40,847 nucleotides of DNA, from contig JBBIHX010000010.1 in the NCBI GenBank assembly GCA_037446815.1, positions 1-40,847 on the forward strand, read 5' to 3'. Position numbers and translations under genes: made by a program. This document shows, one piece after another, positions 24,994 to 34,328 of this stretch (position 1 is its first letter; the number at the start of each line of letters is the position of its first letter). Source of the DNA: Caldilineae bacterium. GTDB taxonomy: Bacteria; Chloroflexota; Anaerolineae; DTLA01. The notes below the pieces were generated by a model, which had not been told where the DNA came from, searched no databases, and worked only from the letters and a program-made list of their open reading frames with translations.

Positions 24994-27264
24994 ATGGAGC
25001 GGATGAAGCCGGGCGTTCTGGCGGACCTCTCCGAGTCGGGAGAGGCGCGGTACCGCATCCTGTTTGAAGCGGCTGCCGAAGCGATCTTGCTGCAGAGTCG
25101 GGATGGTGTCATCCTGGACTGCAACGCGTCGGCGTGCGAGATTTTCGCCTGTTCGCGAGACGAACTCATCGGGGCGAACGTGTGCGATCTCGTTGCCCCG
25201 GAGGTTGCGCAGCCCGCCCGCCGCCTGGTGCGCGATGCGCTGCAATCGGGGGCGGCCTCGCTCACGTTTGTCTGCAGGCGGCGGTCGGGTGTGGCGTTCC
25301 CAGCCGAGGTAACGCTGCGGCGCGTGCTTTTGGAGGGAGAGCCGCACCTGGTGGCGTGCGTTCGGGATGCCACGGAGCGCAAGTGGGCCGAGGATAAGAT
25401 TCGCCGCGACGAGCGCTTTCTCAAGGCGGTGTTTGACGGGATTCAGGACGGCATCAGTGTGCTGGACAAGGACCTGAACATCGTGCGGGTGAACCAGGCG
25501 ATGGAGAGATGGTACGCGCACATGACGCCGCTGACGGGCAAGAAGTGTTTCCACGCGTACCATGGCCGTTCGGCGCCGTGCGTGGTCTGCCCGACGATTC
25601 GCGCAATGGAGACGGCTTCGCCCCAGATGAACGAGGTGCCGCTGACCGGCGCGAATGGCGTATGGGGCTGGCTGGAGGTGTACGCGTTCCCCATGATGGG
25701 GGACGACGGCACGCCCATCGGCGCCATTGAGTACGTGCGCGACATCACCGAGCGCAAGCGCGCCGAAGATAAAATCCGGCACGATGAGTGGTTCCTGCAA
25801 GCGGTGTTTGACGGAATCCAGGATGGCATTAGCGTTCTGGATACAAACATGCGCATCGTGCGCGTGAACAACGCGATGGAGCAATGGTACGCCCATGCCA
25901 TGCCGGTTGTGGGCAAGAAGTGCTTTGAGGCCTATCATCTGCGGAGCGAGCCGTGCATCATCTGTCCGACGCGGCGCGCCATGGAGAAAGGCACGCCGCA
26001 GATGGATGAGATTCCTCTGACCGGGCCGAGGGGCGTTGAGGGGTGGCTGGAACTCTACGCCTTCCCGATGTACGATGACAACGGCGCGTGCATCGGCGTG
26101 ATTGAGTACGTCCGCAACGTTACGAAGCGGCGCGAAGCCGAGGAGGCGCTCCGCAAGTCCCGCCAGTTGCTGGAAAAGACCTTCGCGAGCCTGCGCGACG
26201 CGGCATTCATCCTGGACCTGGACATGCGGATTCTGGACTGCAACCCGGCGGCCACGGAGATTTTCGGGTACGCGCGCGAGGAGATGCTGACCCGTGAGAT
26301 TGGCTTGCTGCATGTGGACCGGGCGGCGATGGAGGAGTTCAACAGCCATCTGCGCGACTCGGTGGCCCAGAGGGGGTTTCTGTTCCTGCCGGAATTCCAA
26401 ATGCGGCACAAGAACGGGCGGATCTTCGTAACCGAGCATAATGTGATGCCACTGGAAGACGAGCAGCACCAGCGCATTGGCTGGGTGGCCCTTATCCGCG
26501 ACATCACGGAGCGCAAGCGCATGGAGCAGTACATGCTGCGCACGGAACGGCTGGCGGCGATGGGGCGGCTCGCCGCGGCCCTGGCTCACGAGATCAACAA
26601 CCCGCTCCAGGGCATCGGCAACAGCCTAGAACTGGTGCTGGATTTCCCGCTGGGGCCCGAGGAGCGGCAGGAGTACCTGCTCGCGGTGCGGCGGGAGATA
26701 GAGCGGCTCATGGCGCTGACGGACCGCGTGCTGGACTTTGCGCGACCCCCGCAGATTGAGCGGCGGCCCACGCTCGTTCAATCCATCGTTCGCCATGCGC
26801 TGGATTTGGCGGCGAATCAGTTGCAGCAGCAGCGCATCGCGGTTACCCTGGACCTTCCCGCCGACCTGCCGCCGGTGATGGCGTCCGAGGATCATCTGTC
26901 GCAGGTGTTCCTGAACCTGATTATCAATGCCATTGAAGCCATGCCCGGAGGCGGTTCGCTGGACATTGCGGCGCGCGTGTGCGAGGGGCAGATGGAGTTG
27001 GCCTTCTCGGACACGGGCTTAGGGCTGGCTCCTGAGGCGATGTCCATGATCTTTGAGCCGTTCTACACGACCAAGGAGGATGGCACCGGCCTCGGCTTGG
27101 CGATCAGCCACAGCATCATCCAACAACATGGCGGTTCTATCACTGCACGGAACGCGCCCGGCGGAGGGGCCACATTTGTCGTGTCGCTTCCGCTGGCTTC
27201 CGGAGTTCGCGAAGAGTCGCAGGAGGTGGACATTGCCGGACCCTGCCTATCCGCCGATTCCTGA
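24994..27264 (+). CDS. Cytoplasmic sensor histidine kinase with four PAS domains
   Basis: Repeated PAS/PAC ends (RD.TERK); H-box LAHEINNPL; N-box QVFLNLIINA; DTGLG; FEPFYTTK; GTGLGL; no TM segment. Start approximate. Confidence 0.92.
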   Translation: MERMKPGVLADLSESGEARYRILFEAAAEAILLQSRDGVILDCNASACEIFACSRDELIGANVCDLVAPEVAQPARRLVRDALQSGAASLTFVCRRRSGVAFPAEVTLRRVLLEGEPHLVACVRDATERKWAEDKIRRDERFLKAVFDGIQDGISVLDKDLNIVRVNQAMERWYAHMTPLTGKKCFHAYHGRSAPCVVCPTIRAMETASPQMNEVPLTGANGVWGWLEVYAFPMMGDDGTPIGAIEYVRDITERKRAEDKIRHDEWFLQAVFDGIQDGISVLDTNMRIVRVNNAMEQWYAHAMPVVGKKCFEAYHLRSEPCIICPTRRAMEKGTPQMDEIPLTGPRGVEGWLELYAFPMYDDNGACIGVIEYVRNVTKRREAEEALRKSRQLLEKTFASLRDAAFILDLDMRILDCNPAATEIFGYAREEMLTREIGLLHVDRAAMEEFNSHLRDSVAQRGFLFLPEFQMRHKNGRIFVTEHNVMPLEDEQHQRIGWVALIRDITERKRMEQYMLRTERLAAMGRLAAALAHEINNPLQGIGNSLELVLDFPLGPEERQEYLLAVRREIERLMALTDRVLDFARPPQIERRPTLVQSIVRHALDLAANQLQQQRIAVTLDLPADLPPVMASEDHLSQVFLNLIINAIEAMPGGGSLDIAARVCEGQMELAFSDTGLGLAPEAMSMIFEPFYTTKEDGTGLGLAISHSIIQQHGGSITARNAPGGGATFVVSLPLASGVREESQEVDIAGPCLSADS

Positions 27265-28057
27265 GGCCCGCGTCCTGGTGGTGGACGATGAGGCCACGCC
27301 CCGCATGGCGATCACGCGGGCGCTGAACCTCATGGGCTACAAGGCTGATGCCGCGGCGTCGGGCACGCAGGCCCTGGAGCGGCTCGCGGCGACCCCCTAT
27401 GACCTGGTGCTGCTGGACCTGCGCATGCCTGGGCTGGATGGCGTGGAAGTCATGAAGCGCGTGCGCGAGAATTATCCGAACACGCTGATTATTATCCTCA
27501 CCGCCCACGCGACGCTGGAAAGCGCGGTGGTTGCCGTCAAGGCGGGCGCGACCGACTATTTGCTGAAGCCGTGCAGCATCCGCGAGATCGGCGAAGCGGT
27601 GGCCCGCGCCTTGCGGCAGCGCCACGAACAGTTGCGGCGCCAACACCTGATTCGGGTGATGGCCGACGCGCTGTCTGCGCTGCAAGAGGAGGAGAAGACC
27701 GCCAGTCAGCCGCCCGATGTCGGCGTGGAACGGTTCATCCGGGCCGGCAACCTGACGTTGGACCAGACCAAGGGGCTGCTGCTGGTGGGCGCGACGGATA
27801 GCAGGGAGGCCCGCACTGTCCCGCTCACGGGCAACGAGATGGCCCTCATGCTGCAGTTGATGCGCAACCCGGACACGGTGTTCTCTTGCCAGCGACTGGC
27901 GAAAACGGCCCTGGGCTACGATGTGTCGGAGCAGGAGGCGGCCGAGATTATCCGGCCGCACATTTCGCGCCTTCGGCGCAAGGTGGAGCCGAACCCGGCG
28001 AAGCCTCGTCTGATTCGCACCATTCGCGGCAAGGGCTATCTGTACTCGCCATCGTAG
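27233..28057 (+). CDS. OmpR-family response regulator (REC plus winged helix)
   Basis: VLVVDDE, LLDLRMPGLDG, ILTA, DYLLKP; C-terminal HISRLRRKVE.NP..P.LIRTIRGKGY; TTG start after AGGAGG overlapping the kinase end. Confidence 0.9.
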   Translation: MPDPAYPPIPEARVLVVDDEATPRMAITRALNLMGYKADAAASGTQALERLAATPYDLVLLDLRMPGLDGVEVMKRVRENYPNTLIIILTAHATLESAVVAVKAGATDYLLKPCSIREIGEAVARALRQRHEQLRRQHLIRVMADALSALQEEEKTASQPPDVGVERFIRAGNLTLDQTKGLLLVGATDSREARTVPLTGNEMALMLQLMRNPDTVFSCQRLAKTALGYDVSEQEAAEIIRPHISRLRRKVEPNPAKPRLIRTIRGKGYLYSPS

Positions 28058-28170
28058 GGCCGCTTGGGGATGCGCCTTTGCGGCGCAGGGTTGGGCGTTC
28101 GCAGTTCGGCCGGCGGCTTGCCCGATGGGCAATTCGTGGCGCAACGACGCGCCGGCGAGGACATCGCACC

Positions 28171-28245
28171 CCGCAACTCTGTTGCAACGCAACCACAAGG
28201 TTCCCTCTCGCGATTCCATGATATGATATTCTAAACAGACTGTTT
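28171..28245 (+). promoter_or_regulatory. Promoter region of the AOR operon with 11-bp-phased direct repeats
   Basis: CCGCAAC / TTGCAAC / CCACAAG at 28171, 28182, 28193; extended -10 TGaTATGAT (28219-28227); palindrome AAACAG-A-CTGTTT at 28233-28245. Confidence 0.5.
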
Positions 28246-28292
28246 CCACCTGCGTTCCTCTCTGCTGCCAAATCCAATTGGGAGAGAATCTC

Positions 28293-28847
28293 ATGGCGAA
28301 GAAGAAGCGGATTGTCTACACCAACCACCCGTGGGAGGCGACGGGGATTTGCAGCGGATGCCACCTGTGCGAGTTGTACTGCTCCCTGCAGCACACCGGC
28401 GCGTTCAATCCCTACCGCGCGCGCATTCGCGTTGCCGAGTTGTCTACCGGGGTGGATGTGCCGGTTACCTGCCAGCAGTGCCAGGATCCGGCGTGTCAGT
28501 CGGCGTGCAAGTTTGACGCGATCGTGCTGAATAAGAAACTGCAAATCGTCGTCGTGGACGAGGAGAAGTGCACCTCCTGTGGGGCGTGCGTGGGGGCATG
28601 TCCCTACGGCATCATCACCCTGGATCCGGTAACGCGCAAGGCGATCAAGTGCGACTTGTGCGGCGGCGAGTCCCCGGCTTGTGTAGACATCTGTCCGTCG
28701 CATGTGCTGGGCGCGCTGGACGATGAAGAGGTTTCGGAACACAACCGCCTGCGCTTTGCGGCGTTGCTGGCTGCCAGCGATGAGTTGCGCCGCGTTACCC
28801 CCACCGGCGAGGGGCCCGTTCTGAAGAGACTGGAGAAGAGGGGTTAG
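28293..28847 (+). CDS. 4x[4Fe-4S] electron-transfer subunit (HydN/CooF/AorA-like)
   Basis: CSGCHLCELYC, CQQCQDPAC..AC, CTSCGACVGACP, KCDLC...PACV..CP. Confidence 0.92.
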   Translation: MAKKKRIVYTNHPWEATGICSGCHLCELYCSLQHTGAFNPYRARIRVAELSTGVDVPVTCQQCQDPACQSACKFDAIVLNKKLQIVVVDEEKCTSCGACVGACPYGIITLDPVTRKAIKCDLCGGESPACVDICPSHVLGALDDEEVSEHNRLRFAALLAASDELRRVTPTGEGPVLKRLEKRG

Positions 28848-28852
28848 GCATC

Positions 28853-30808
28853 ATGGCGAAGAAGAACTCGTATGCAGGCAAGATACTGCGCGTGGACTTG
28901 AGCACGGGCGCCATCACGACCGAGGAACTGGGCTCCGAGTACACGGATCGGTTTCTCGGCGGCCGCGGCATCGCCTCCAAGATCCTGTACGAGGAGGTCC
29001 CGCCGGAGGTGGAGCCTTTTGACCCCGGCAATCGGCTCATCTTCTCGCCAGGCGCGCTCATCGGTACGGGCGTACCGGCGGCAAGCCGCACGACGGTGGC
29101 GGCGCGGTCGCCCCTGACCAACATGCACGGCGATGGGCATTCTGGCGCGTCGTGGGGGGCGGAACTGAAACGCGCCGGCTACGATGTGCTGATTTTCCAG
29201 GGCAGGGCCGAGAAGCCGGTATACTTGTACATTGACAACGACACGGTTGAGATTCGGGACGCGGCCTTCATGCGCGGCTGGTTCACGTCGGGCGTACACA
29301 GTTGGGCGCGCAAGACCTTCGGCCCAGACGTGTGCACCGTGTGCATCGGCCCGGCGGGTGAGAACCTGGTGCGGCTGGCGGGCGTGTACCACAACGGCGC
29401 GGATAAGGGTGTGAGCGCCCGGTGTGGCCTGGGCGCCGTGATGGGCTCCAAGAACCTGAAGGCGATTGTAACGCGGGGCACGGGCGACATCGGCGTGGCC
29501 GACATCGCCGCGCTCAAGGCGGCGTACAAGGATTACCTGGACACCATCGCCGCGGATCCCTATGTCGCGCCGGCAACCAAGTACGGCACGTGCCGCTTCA
29601 TGGGCCACCGCGTGAAGTTTGGCATCCACGGCGCGGAGAACTGGCGGTACGGCGCGTATCATTGGGAGACCCTGGACCCCGAGATTTTCCGCACGGATTA
29701 TCAGGTGAAGGCGGGGGCGTGCCTGGCGTGCCCGGTGCGCTGCCGCCGAGACTACCGGGTGCGCACGGGCCCCTACGCAGGGGTTACAGCCAAACTGGAG
29801 TGGGAGACCATCGCGCGCTCCATGACCTGCGGTGTTACCAACCCCGAAGCGGTCATCGCCTGGTCCAATCAGTGCAACCAGTATGGCTTGGATACCGAGG
29901 GCGCCGGCGATACGATTGCCTTCGCCATGGAATGCTTTGAGAACGGCATTCTCACCACGAAGGAGACGGAGGGCCTGCGGCTGGAGTTTGGAAACGAGGC
30001 GGCCTGGCTGGAGATGACTCGGCGCATCGCCCTGCGCCAAGGCGAACTGGCCGACATCCTCGCCGAGGGCACCAAGCGGGCTTCGGCCAAGATCGGGCGA
30101 GGCAGCGAGCGGTTCGCTATGCATGTGAAGGGCGGCGAGATGACGGCAGGCGACCCGCGAGGGATGCCCGTTCGCGCGGTCTCCTATGCCACATCTACAC
30201 GCGGGAGCGATCACCTGCGCTCCAACCCGTACATTGAGGAGATCATGCGGCCGGAGGAGGCGCTCCAGTGGTTCGGCACGGAGGAAGCCGCAGACATCAA
30301 GCACGGCGTGCGCGGCAAGGGCAAAATGCTGAAGTTCAGCGAGGATTTGGTTACCATCGGCGACATCCTTGGCCTGTGCAAGTTCGCCTACTACCGCTCG
30401 GCGACGTTCCCGTACCTGTATCGCAAGGGCGTGCACCTGGCCACGCGGTTCTACAATGCCTGCACGGGGCGCAACCTGAGCGAAGAGGATATGCTCATGG
30501 CAGGGGAGCGCACGTTCAACGTGGAGAAGGGGTACAACACACGGTGCGGCGCTACCCGTGCCGACGATGTTATCCCACGCCGCTTCTTTGAGGAGCCGCT
30601 GCTGGGCGGCGGGCCGAGCGGCGGCGCCGTCGTGGACCTGGAAAAGTTTGACGCGATTCTGGACGAGTACTACGAGGACCGGCGGTGGGATCCGGACACG
30701 GGGCTGCCGACGCGGGCGGGGCTGGAGCGCCTGGGCCTGCACGACATCGCCGACGACCTGGAAGCCCGCGGGAAGTTGCCGGTATCCGATTGTGGCAAGG
30801 TTGAGTGA
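28853..30808 (+). CDS. aor: Aldehyde:ferredoxin oxidoreductase family (W/Mo-bis-pterin)
   Basis: GKILRVDLS, LGGRG, SPLT, IGPAGEN, GLGAVMGSKNLKAI, CLACPVRC, EWET, GLDT, DPR, RGSDH, GLCKF, YYE.R.WD..GLPT. Confidence 0.92.
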   Translation: MAKKNSYAGKILRVDLSTGAITTEELGSEYTDRFLGGRGIASKILYEEVPPEVEPFDPGNRLIFSPGALIGTGVPAASRTTVAARSPLTNMHGDGHSGASWGAELKRAGYDVLIFQGRAEKPVYLYIDNDTVEIRDAAFMRGWFTSGVHSWARKTFGPDVCTVCIGPAGENLVRLAGVYHNGADKGVSARCGLGAVMGSKNLKAIVTRGTGDIGVADIAALKAAYKDYLDTIAADPYVAPATKYGTCRFMGHRVKFGIHGAENWRYGAYHWETLDPEIFRTDYQVKAGACLACPVRCRRDYRVRTGPYAGVTAKLEWETIARSMTCGVTNPEAVIAWSNQCNQYGLDTEGAGDTIAFAMECFENGILTTKETEGLRLEFGNEAAWLEMTRRIALRQGELADILAEGTKRASAKIGRGSERFAMHVKGGEMTAGDPRGMPVRAVSYATSTRGSDHLRSNPYIEEIMRPEEALQWFGTEEAADIKHGVRGKGKMLKFSEDLVTIGDILGLCKFAYYRSATFPYLYRKGVHLATRFYNACTGRNLSEEDMLMAGERTFNVEKGYNTRCGATRADDVIPRRFFEEPLLGGGPSGGAVVDLEKFDAILDEYYEDRRWDPDTGLPTRAGLERLGLHDIADDLEARGKLPVSDCGKVE

Positions 30809-30821
30809 GCGACGGGTAGCC

Positions 30822-31112
30822 GTGAACGTGTGGGTTCATCTGTATCCGCCGCTGAACAATGTGGCGGGCTGCGATCGGGTGCAGATTGCGCTGGAAGCGC
30901 CGGCCACGGTGGGTGACGTGCTGGATGCCCTGGTGGCGCAGTACGGTGCGGATATGCGGCGCTACCTGCGCGATGAGAGCGGGCGCGTGGTGCCGGCGTG
31001 GACGGCCTTTGTGAACGACACGCCGGTGCAGTTGAACCGCGACGAGGCGCTGGGCATCCCGGTGGATGATGGGGATGAAATCGCGCTGATTCTCAACCTG
31101 GCCGGAGGATAG
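30822..31112 (+). CDS. MoaD/ThiS-family sulfur carrier
   Basis: TV.D.L.AL...Y, FVN, DGDEIAL..LAGG with C-terminal Gly-Gly; typical AOR neighbour; GTG start. Confidence 0.85.
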   Translation: MNVWVHLYPPLNNVAGCDRVQIALEAPATVGDVLDALVAQYGADMRRYLRDESGRVVPAWTAFVNDTPVQLNRDEALGIPVDDGDEIALILNLAGG

Positions 31113-31171
31113 CAGATTCACAACATTGCCAAAGCGCGCCGCGGACGGTGCGCGATGAAAGGAGACGGACA

Positions 31172-32464
31172 ATGGCGGTCATCCATGTTCCTTATGGCGT
31201 GAAGGGTATTCTGGACCTGGAAGTTCCGGACAAGAACCTTGTTCTGAACACCGACGTGCCATTCCCCGGCGAGATGCCGAACCTCAACGATGCCATTCTG
31301 GCCGCGCTGGAGAACCCGGTGGCAGGCCCGCCGTTCTCCGAGCGACTCCGCAAGGCGAAGCGGGTCGTTATCCTGGTGGACAACTTCGCCCGTCTGACCC
31401 CCGCGCACAAACTCTTGCCGCCGATTCTGGAGAAGATCCAGCAGGCGGGCAAGTATGTAGAAATCCTCATCGCCAGTGGCGCGCTCCGCGAAATGAGCGA
31501 GACCGAACTGGAGCGCAAACTGGGCAAGGAAATCCTCAACTCCGGGATTCCGATTGTCGTCAGCAAGGCCCGCGAGACATGGGACTTTGAGTTCGTGGGC
31601 GTTACCAGTTACGGGTCGCCCATCAGCGTGCACAAGCGATTCCTGGCGGCGGACTTCCGGCTGGCGGTAACGATGACGCAGGCCACCCTGTGGGGGTACG
31701 GCGGCGGGGGGAGCATGATCCTGCCGGGCGTGAGTTCCTTTGAGACGATTGAGTGGCATCACCGGCTGATGACCTCACCCACGATGAAGGTGGGCTACGA
31801 GCCGCCGCTGAACCGCTTCCGCGAGGACATTGAGGAGGCTATGGCACTGGCGCGGCTGGACATGTCGCTGCTGGCCATCTTCAACCCCAAGATGGAACTG
31901 ATAGACCTGACGGCGGGCGATACCCTGGCCGCGCACCGTGCCTCGGTGAAGAAGTACAACGCCCGCTACGCCTTTGACCCGGGCAAGATTCCCGGCGGCG
32001 CGCTGGACGTGGGTATCAGCGGGTCGTTCCCGGGGGACCGCTTCTTCGCCCACGCGTGCTGGCCCATCGCCAACCTGGACCCGTTCGTGCGCGATGGCGG
32101 CACCATCATCGTGGCGACGCCGGTGCCGGGCGGGCTGGCGCATTATGCCTACGCCAAGGACTACATGCCGCCGACGAAGGAAGCCATGCGCCGCCTGTAC
32201 GACGATGTTTTCTACGGCAAGCAGGCCCTCTGGCATGCCTGCCTGTGGCTGCCGGTCATTGAGGTCATGGCGCGCAAGGAGGTCATCGTCGTAACGGAGC
32301 CGGAACGCCTGCCCGACTTTGAAATCGTGAAGATACCGGCGGTTACATCGCTGCAAGAGGCTTTTGAGCGCGTCAAGGATAAGTACGGGCCGAACATGAA
32401 GGTTGGCCACTTCCCCTACGGCAAGTGGATTGTTACCGGCAGGGGCGCGGATGGGAAACTCTAG
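31172..32464 (+). CDS. Divergent LarA (lactate racemase / DUF2088) family protein
   Basis: PYG, AL.NP...P, VILVD...R.TP, G.T.YG.P..V, GY.GG..MILPG.S..ETI..H, N..REDI.E, GG.II. Several catalytic residues are substituted (see findings). Confidence 0.8.
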   Translation: MAVIHVPYGVKGILDLEVPDKNLVLNTDVPFPGEMPNLNDAILAALENPVAGPPFSERLRKAKRVVILVDNFARLTPAHKLLPPILEKIQQAGKYVEILIASGALREMSETELERKLGKEILNSGIPIVVSKARETWDFEFVGVTSYGSPISVHKRFLAADFRLAVTMTQATLWGYGGGGSMILPGVSSFETIEWHHRLMTSPTMKVGYEPPLNRFREDIEEAMALARLDMSLLAIFNPKMELIDLTAGDTLAAHRASVKKYNARYAFDPGKIPGGALDVGISGSFPGDRFFAHACWPIANLDPFVRDGGTIIVATPVPGGLAHYAYAKDYMPPTKEAMRRLYDDVFYGKQALWHACLWLPVIEVMARKEVIVVTEPERLPDFEIVKIPAVTSLQEAFERVKDKYGPNMKVGHFPYGKWIVTGRGADGKL

Positions 32465-32509
32465 CGGGGCCGCGATACCGCGCGGTTCCGCGCTCGGTGA
32501 GGGAGTGTG

Positions 32510-33400
32510 ATGAGACTTCGGTTTGATGCCAAAGTCATGGGGCTGCTGGAAGGGGCCATAGACTTGCATATTCATTCGGCCCCTGACGTGTACCCCCGCA
32601 TCTTGAACGATGTGGAATTGGCCCTGCAGGCCAAGGAAATGGGCATGCGGGCTATCCTCGTCAAGAACCATTTCGTGGAGACGGCGAGCAGGGCGCAGGT
32701 GGCGTCGGAAGTTGCGGACTTCGCCGTGTTCGGGGGCATCGCGCTGAACCTGACGGTGGGGGGACTCAATGCCCATGCGGTGGACGTGGCGCTGAAACTG
32801 GGCGCGAAGGTGGTGTGGATGCCCACGCTCCACGCGCAGGCGTTCCTTGCGAACAAGAGCCACGTGGCAAACCTGGCGGCCCAGTTGGGGGAGGATATTC
32901 AGGGTATCTATATCCTGAAGCCGAACGGCGAACTGAAGGACGAGGTCTATCCGATTCTGGACTTGATCGCCAAGTGGGATGTGATGCTGGCGACGGGGCA
33001 CATCACCATCCAGGAGGCCATGGCGCTCGTGCGGGCGGCGGCAGAGCGGGGTGTGCGCAAGATCGTTGTAACGCACCCATGCGCCAGTTTCGTGAACTAC
33101 AGCGTGGACGACATGAAGGCGATTCTGGACGCGGGGGCCACATACTTGGAGCACGTGTACAACGACACGACGCGCCAGGTGGCTCATCCCATCAAGGTGA
33201 CCGACCTGTATAACGCCATCAGGGCTATCGGGCCGGAGCACTGCATCATGTCCACCGACTCGGGGCAGTGGCTCAATCCGATTCCGGCGCAGCAGATGGG
33301 GATTTACATAACGGATATGCTGAAACTCGGCCTATCGGAGCGGGAGATTCGCACCATGGTGGCCGATAACCCGGCGCGGGCGCTGGGCATCTACATCTAG
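32510..33400 (+). CDS. Amidohydrolase-fold metalloprotein (DUF6282-like)
   Basis: GAIDLHIHSAPD..PR, GMRAILVKNH, GG.ALN..VGGLN, VWMPT, LATGH, THP, STDSGQ, NPARAL. Confidence 0.8.
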   Translation: MRLRFDAKVMGLLEGAIDLHIHSAPDVYPRILNDVELALQAKEMGMRAILVKNHFVETASRAQVASEVADFAVFGGIALNLTVGGLNAHAVDVALKLGAKVVWMPTLHAQAFLANKSHVANLAAQLGEDIQGIYILKPNGELKDEVYPILDLIAKWDVMLATGHITIQEAMALVRAAAERGVRKIVVTHPCASFVNYSVDDMKAILDAGATYLEHVYNDTTRQVAHPIKVTDLYNAIRAIGPEHCIMSTDSGQWLNPIPAQQMGIYITDMLKLGLSEREIRTMVADNPARALGIYI

Positions 33401-33430
33401 CCGGGGAGATTTCCAAAACGAGGGAAGGAT

Positions 33431-34324
33431 ATGGCAAAGGTTGGATTCATCGGTTTGGGACAGATGGGCAAGTGGATGGCCCTGAACGTCCTCAAGGCAG
33501 GATTTGACCTGACCGTGTACGACATCAGCGAGGCGGCTGTGCGGGCGCTGACGGAGGCCGGGGCGAAGGCGGCGCCATCGCCCAAGGACGTGGCCGCCCA
33601 GGTGGATTGGGTGTTCCTCAGCCTGCCCAATACCCAGGTGGTGGAAAGCGTGCTCTTCGGCCCGAACGGGATTGCCGAAGGGGCGAAGCCTGGGTTGATA
33701 GTTGTGGATTTGAGCACCATCGGCTATATGGCGACGTTGGGCTTCGCCGAGCGTCTCGCGGGGCAGGGCGTGGTGTTCGTGGATGCGCCGGTGTCGGGCA
33801 TGGAGGCGCGGGCGAAGGACGGCACGCTGACCGTGATGTTCGGCGGTGATGAGGCGGTTTTTCAGACGGTGTATCCGGTGTTCCAGGCCATTGGGAATAC
33901 CATCATTCACATGGGCAAGATCGGCAGTGGCCAGTTGACCAAACTCATCAACCAGTTGCTGTTCAACACGGCGTGCGCGGCCATGGCCGAGATCCTGCCC
34001 ATGGCGGTGAAATTGGGCCTGGATCCGGAGAAGATCGCGCAGGTCATCGTAACGGGGACGGGCCGCAGTTTCGCCGTGGAGTTTTTCACGCCGCGCATCC
34101 TGGAGAACAAGTTTGACGAGGGGTACCCGCTGAAGCACGCCTACAAGGATATGGTCAGCGCGGCGGAAATCAGCGCGCACCAGAAGATTCCGCTCCCCAT
34201 GGTGCAGGCTGCAACCACCACCTACCAGATGGCGCTCGCGCAGGGACTTGGGGATGAGGACAAGGGCGCCATGATCAAGGTCTTTGAGCGCATCTTGGGC
34301 GTGGAATTCCGGAAGAAGGGGTAG
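33431..34324 (+). CDS. NAD-dependent beta-hydroxyacid dehydrogenase (GarR/HIBADH/Hgd family)
   Basis: [38 protein letters not shown] (catalytic Lys), KD. Confidence 0.9.
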   Translation: MAKVGFIGLGQMGKWMALNVLKAGFDLTVYDISEAAVRALTEAGAKAAPSPKDVAAQVDWVFLSLPNTQVVESVLFGPNGIAEGAKPGLIVVDLSTIGYMATLGFAERLAGQGVVFVDAPVSGMEARAKDGTLTVMFGGDEAVFQTVYPVFQAIGNTIIHMGKIGSGQLTKLINQLLFNTACAAMAEILPMAVKLGLDPEKIAQVIVTGTGRSFAVEFFTPRILENKFDEGYPLKHAYKDMVSAAEISAHQKIPLPMVQAATTTYQMALAQGLGDEDKGAMIKVFERILGVEFRKKG

Positions 34325-34328
34325 CGCC

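Noticed and set aside
28291..28866. Identical starts TCATGGCGAAGAAGAA of the ferredoxin and AOR genes
   Set aside because: Explained by a common MAKK N-terminus and A-rich initiation bias.
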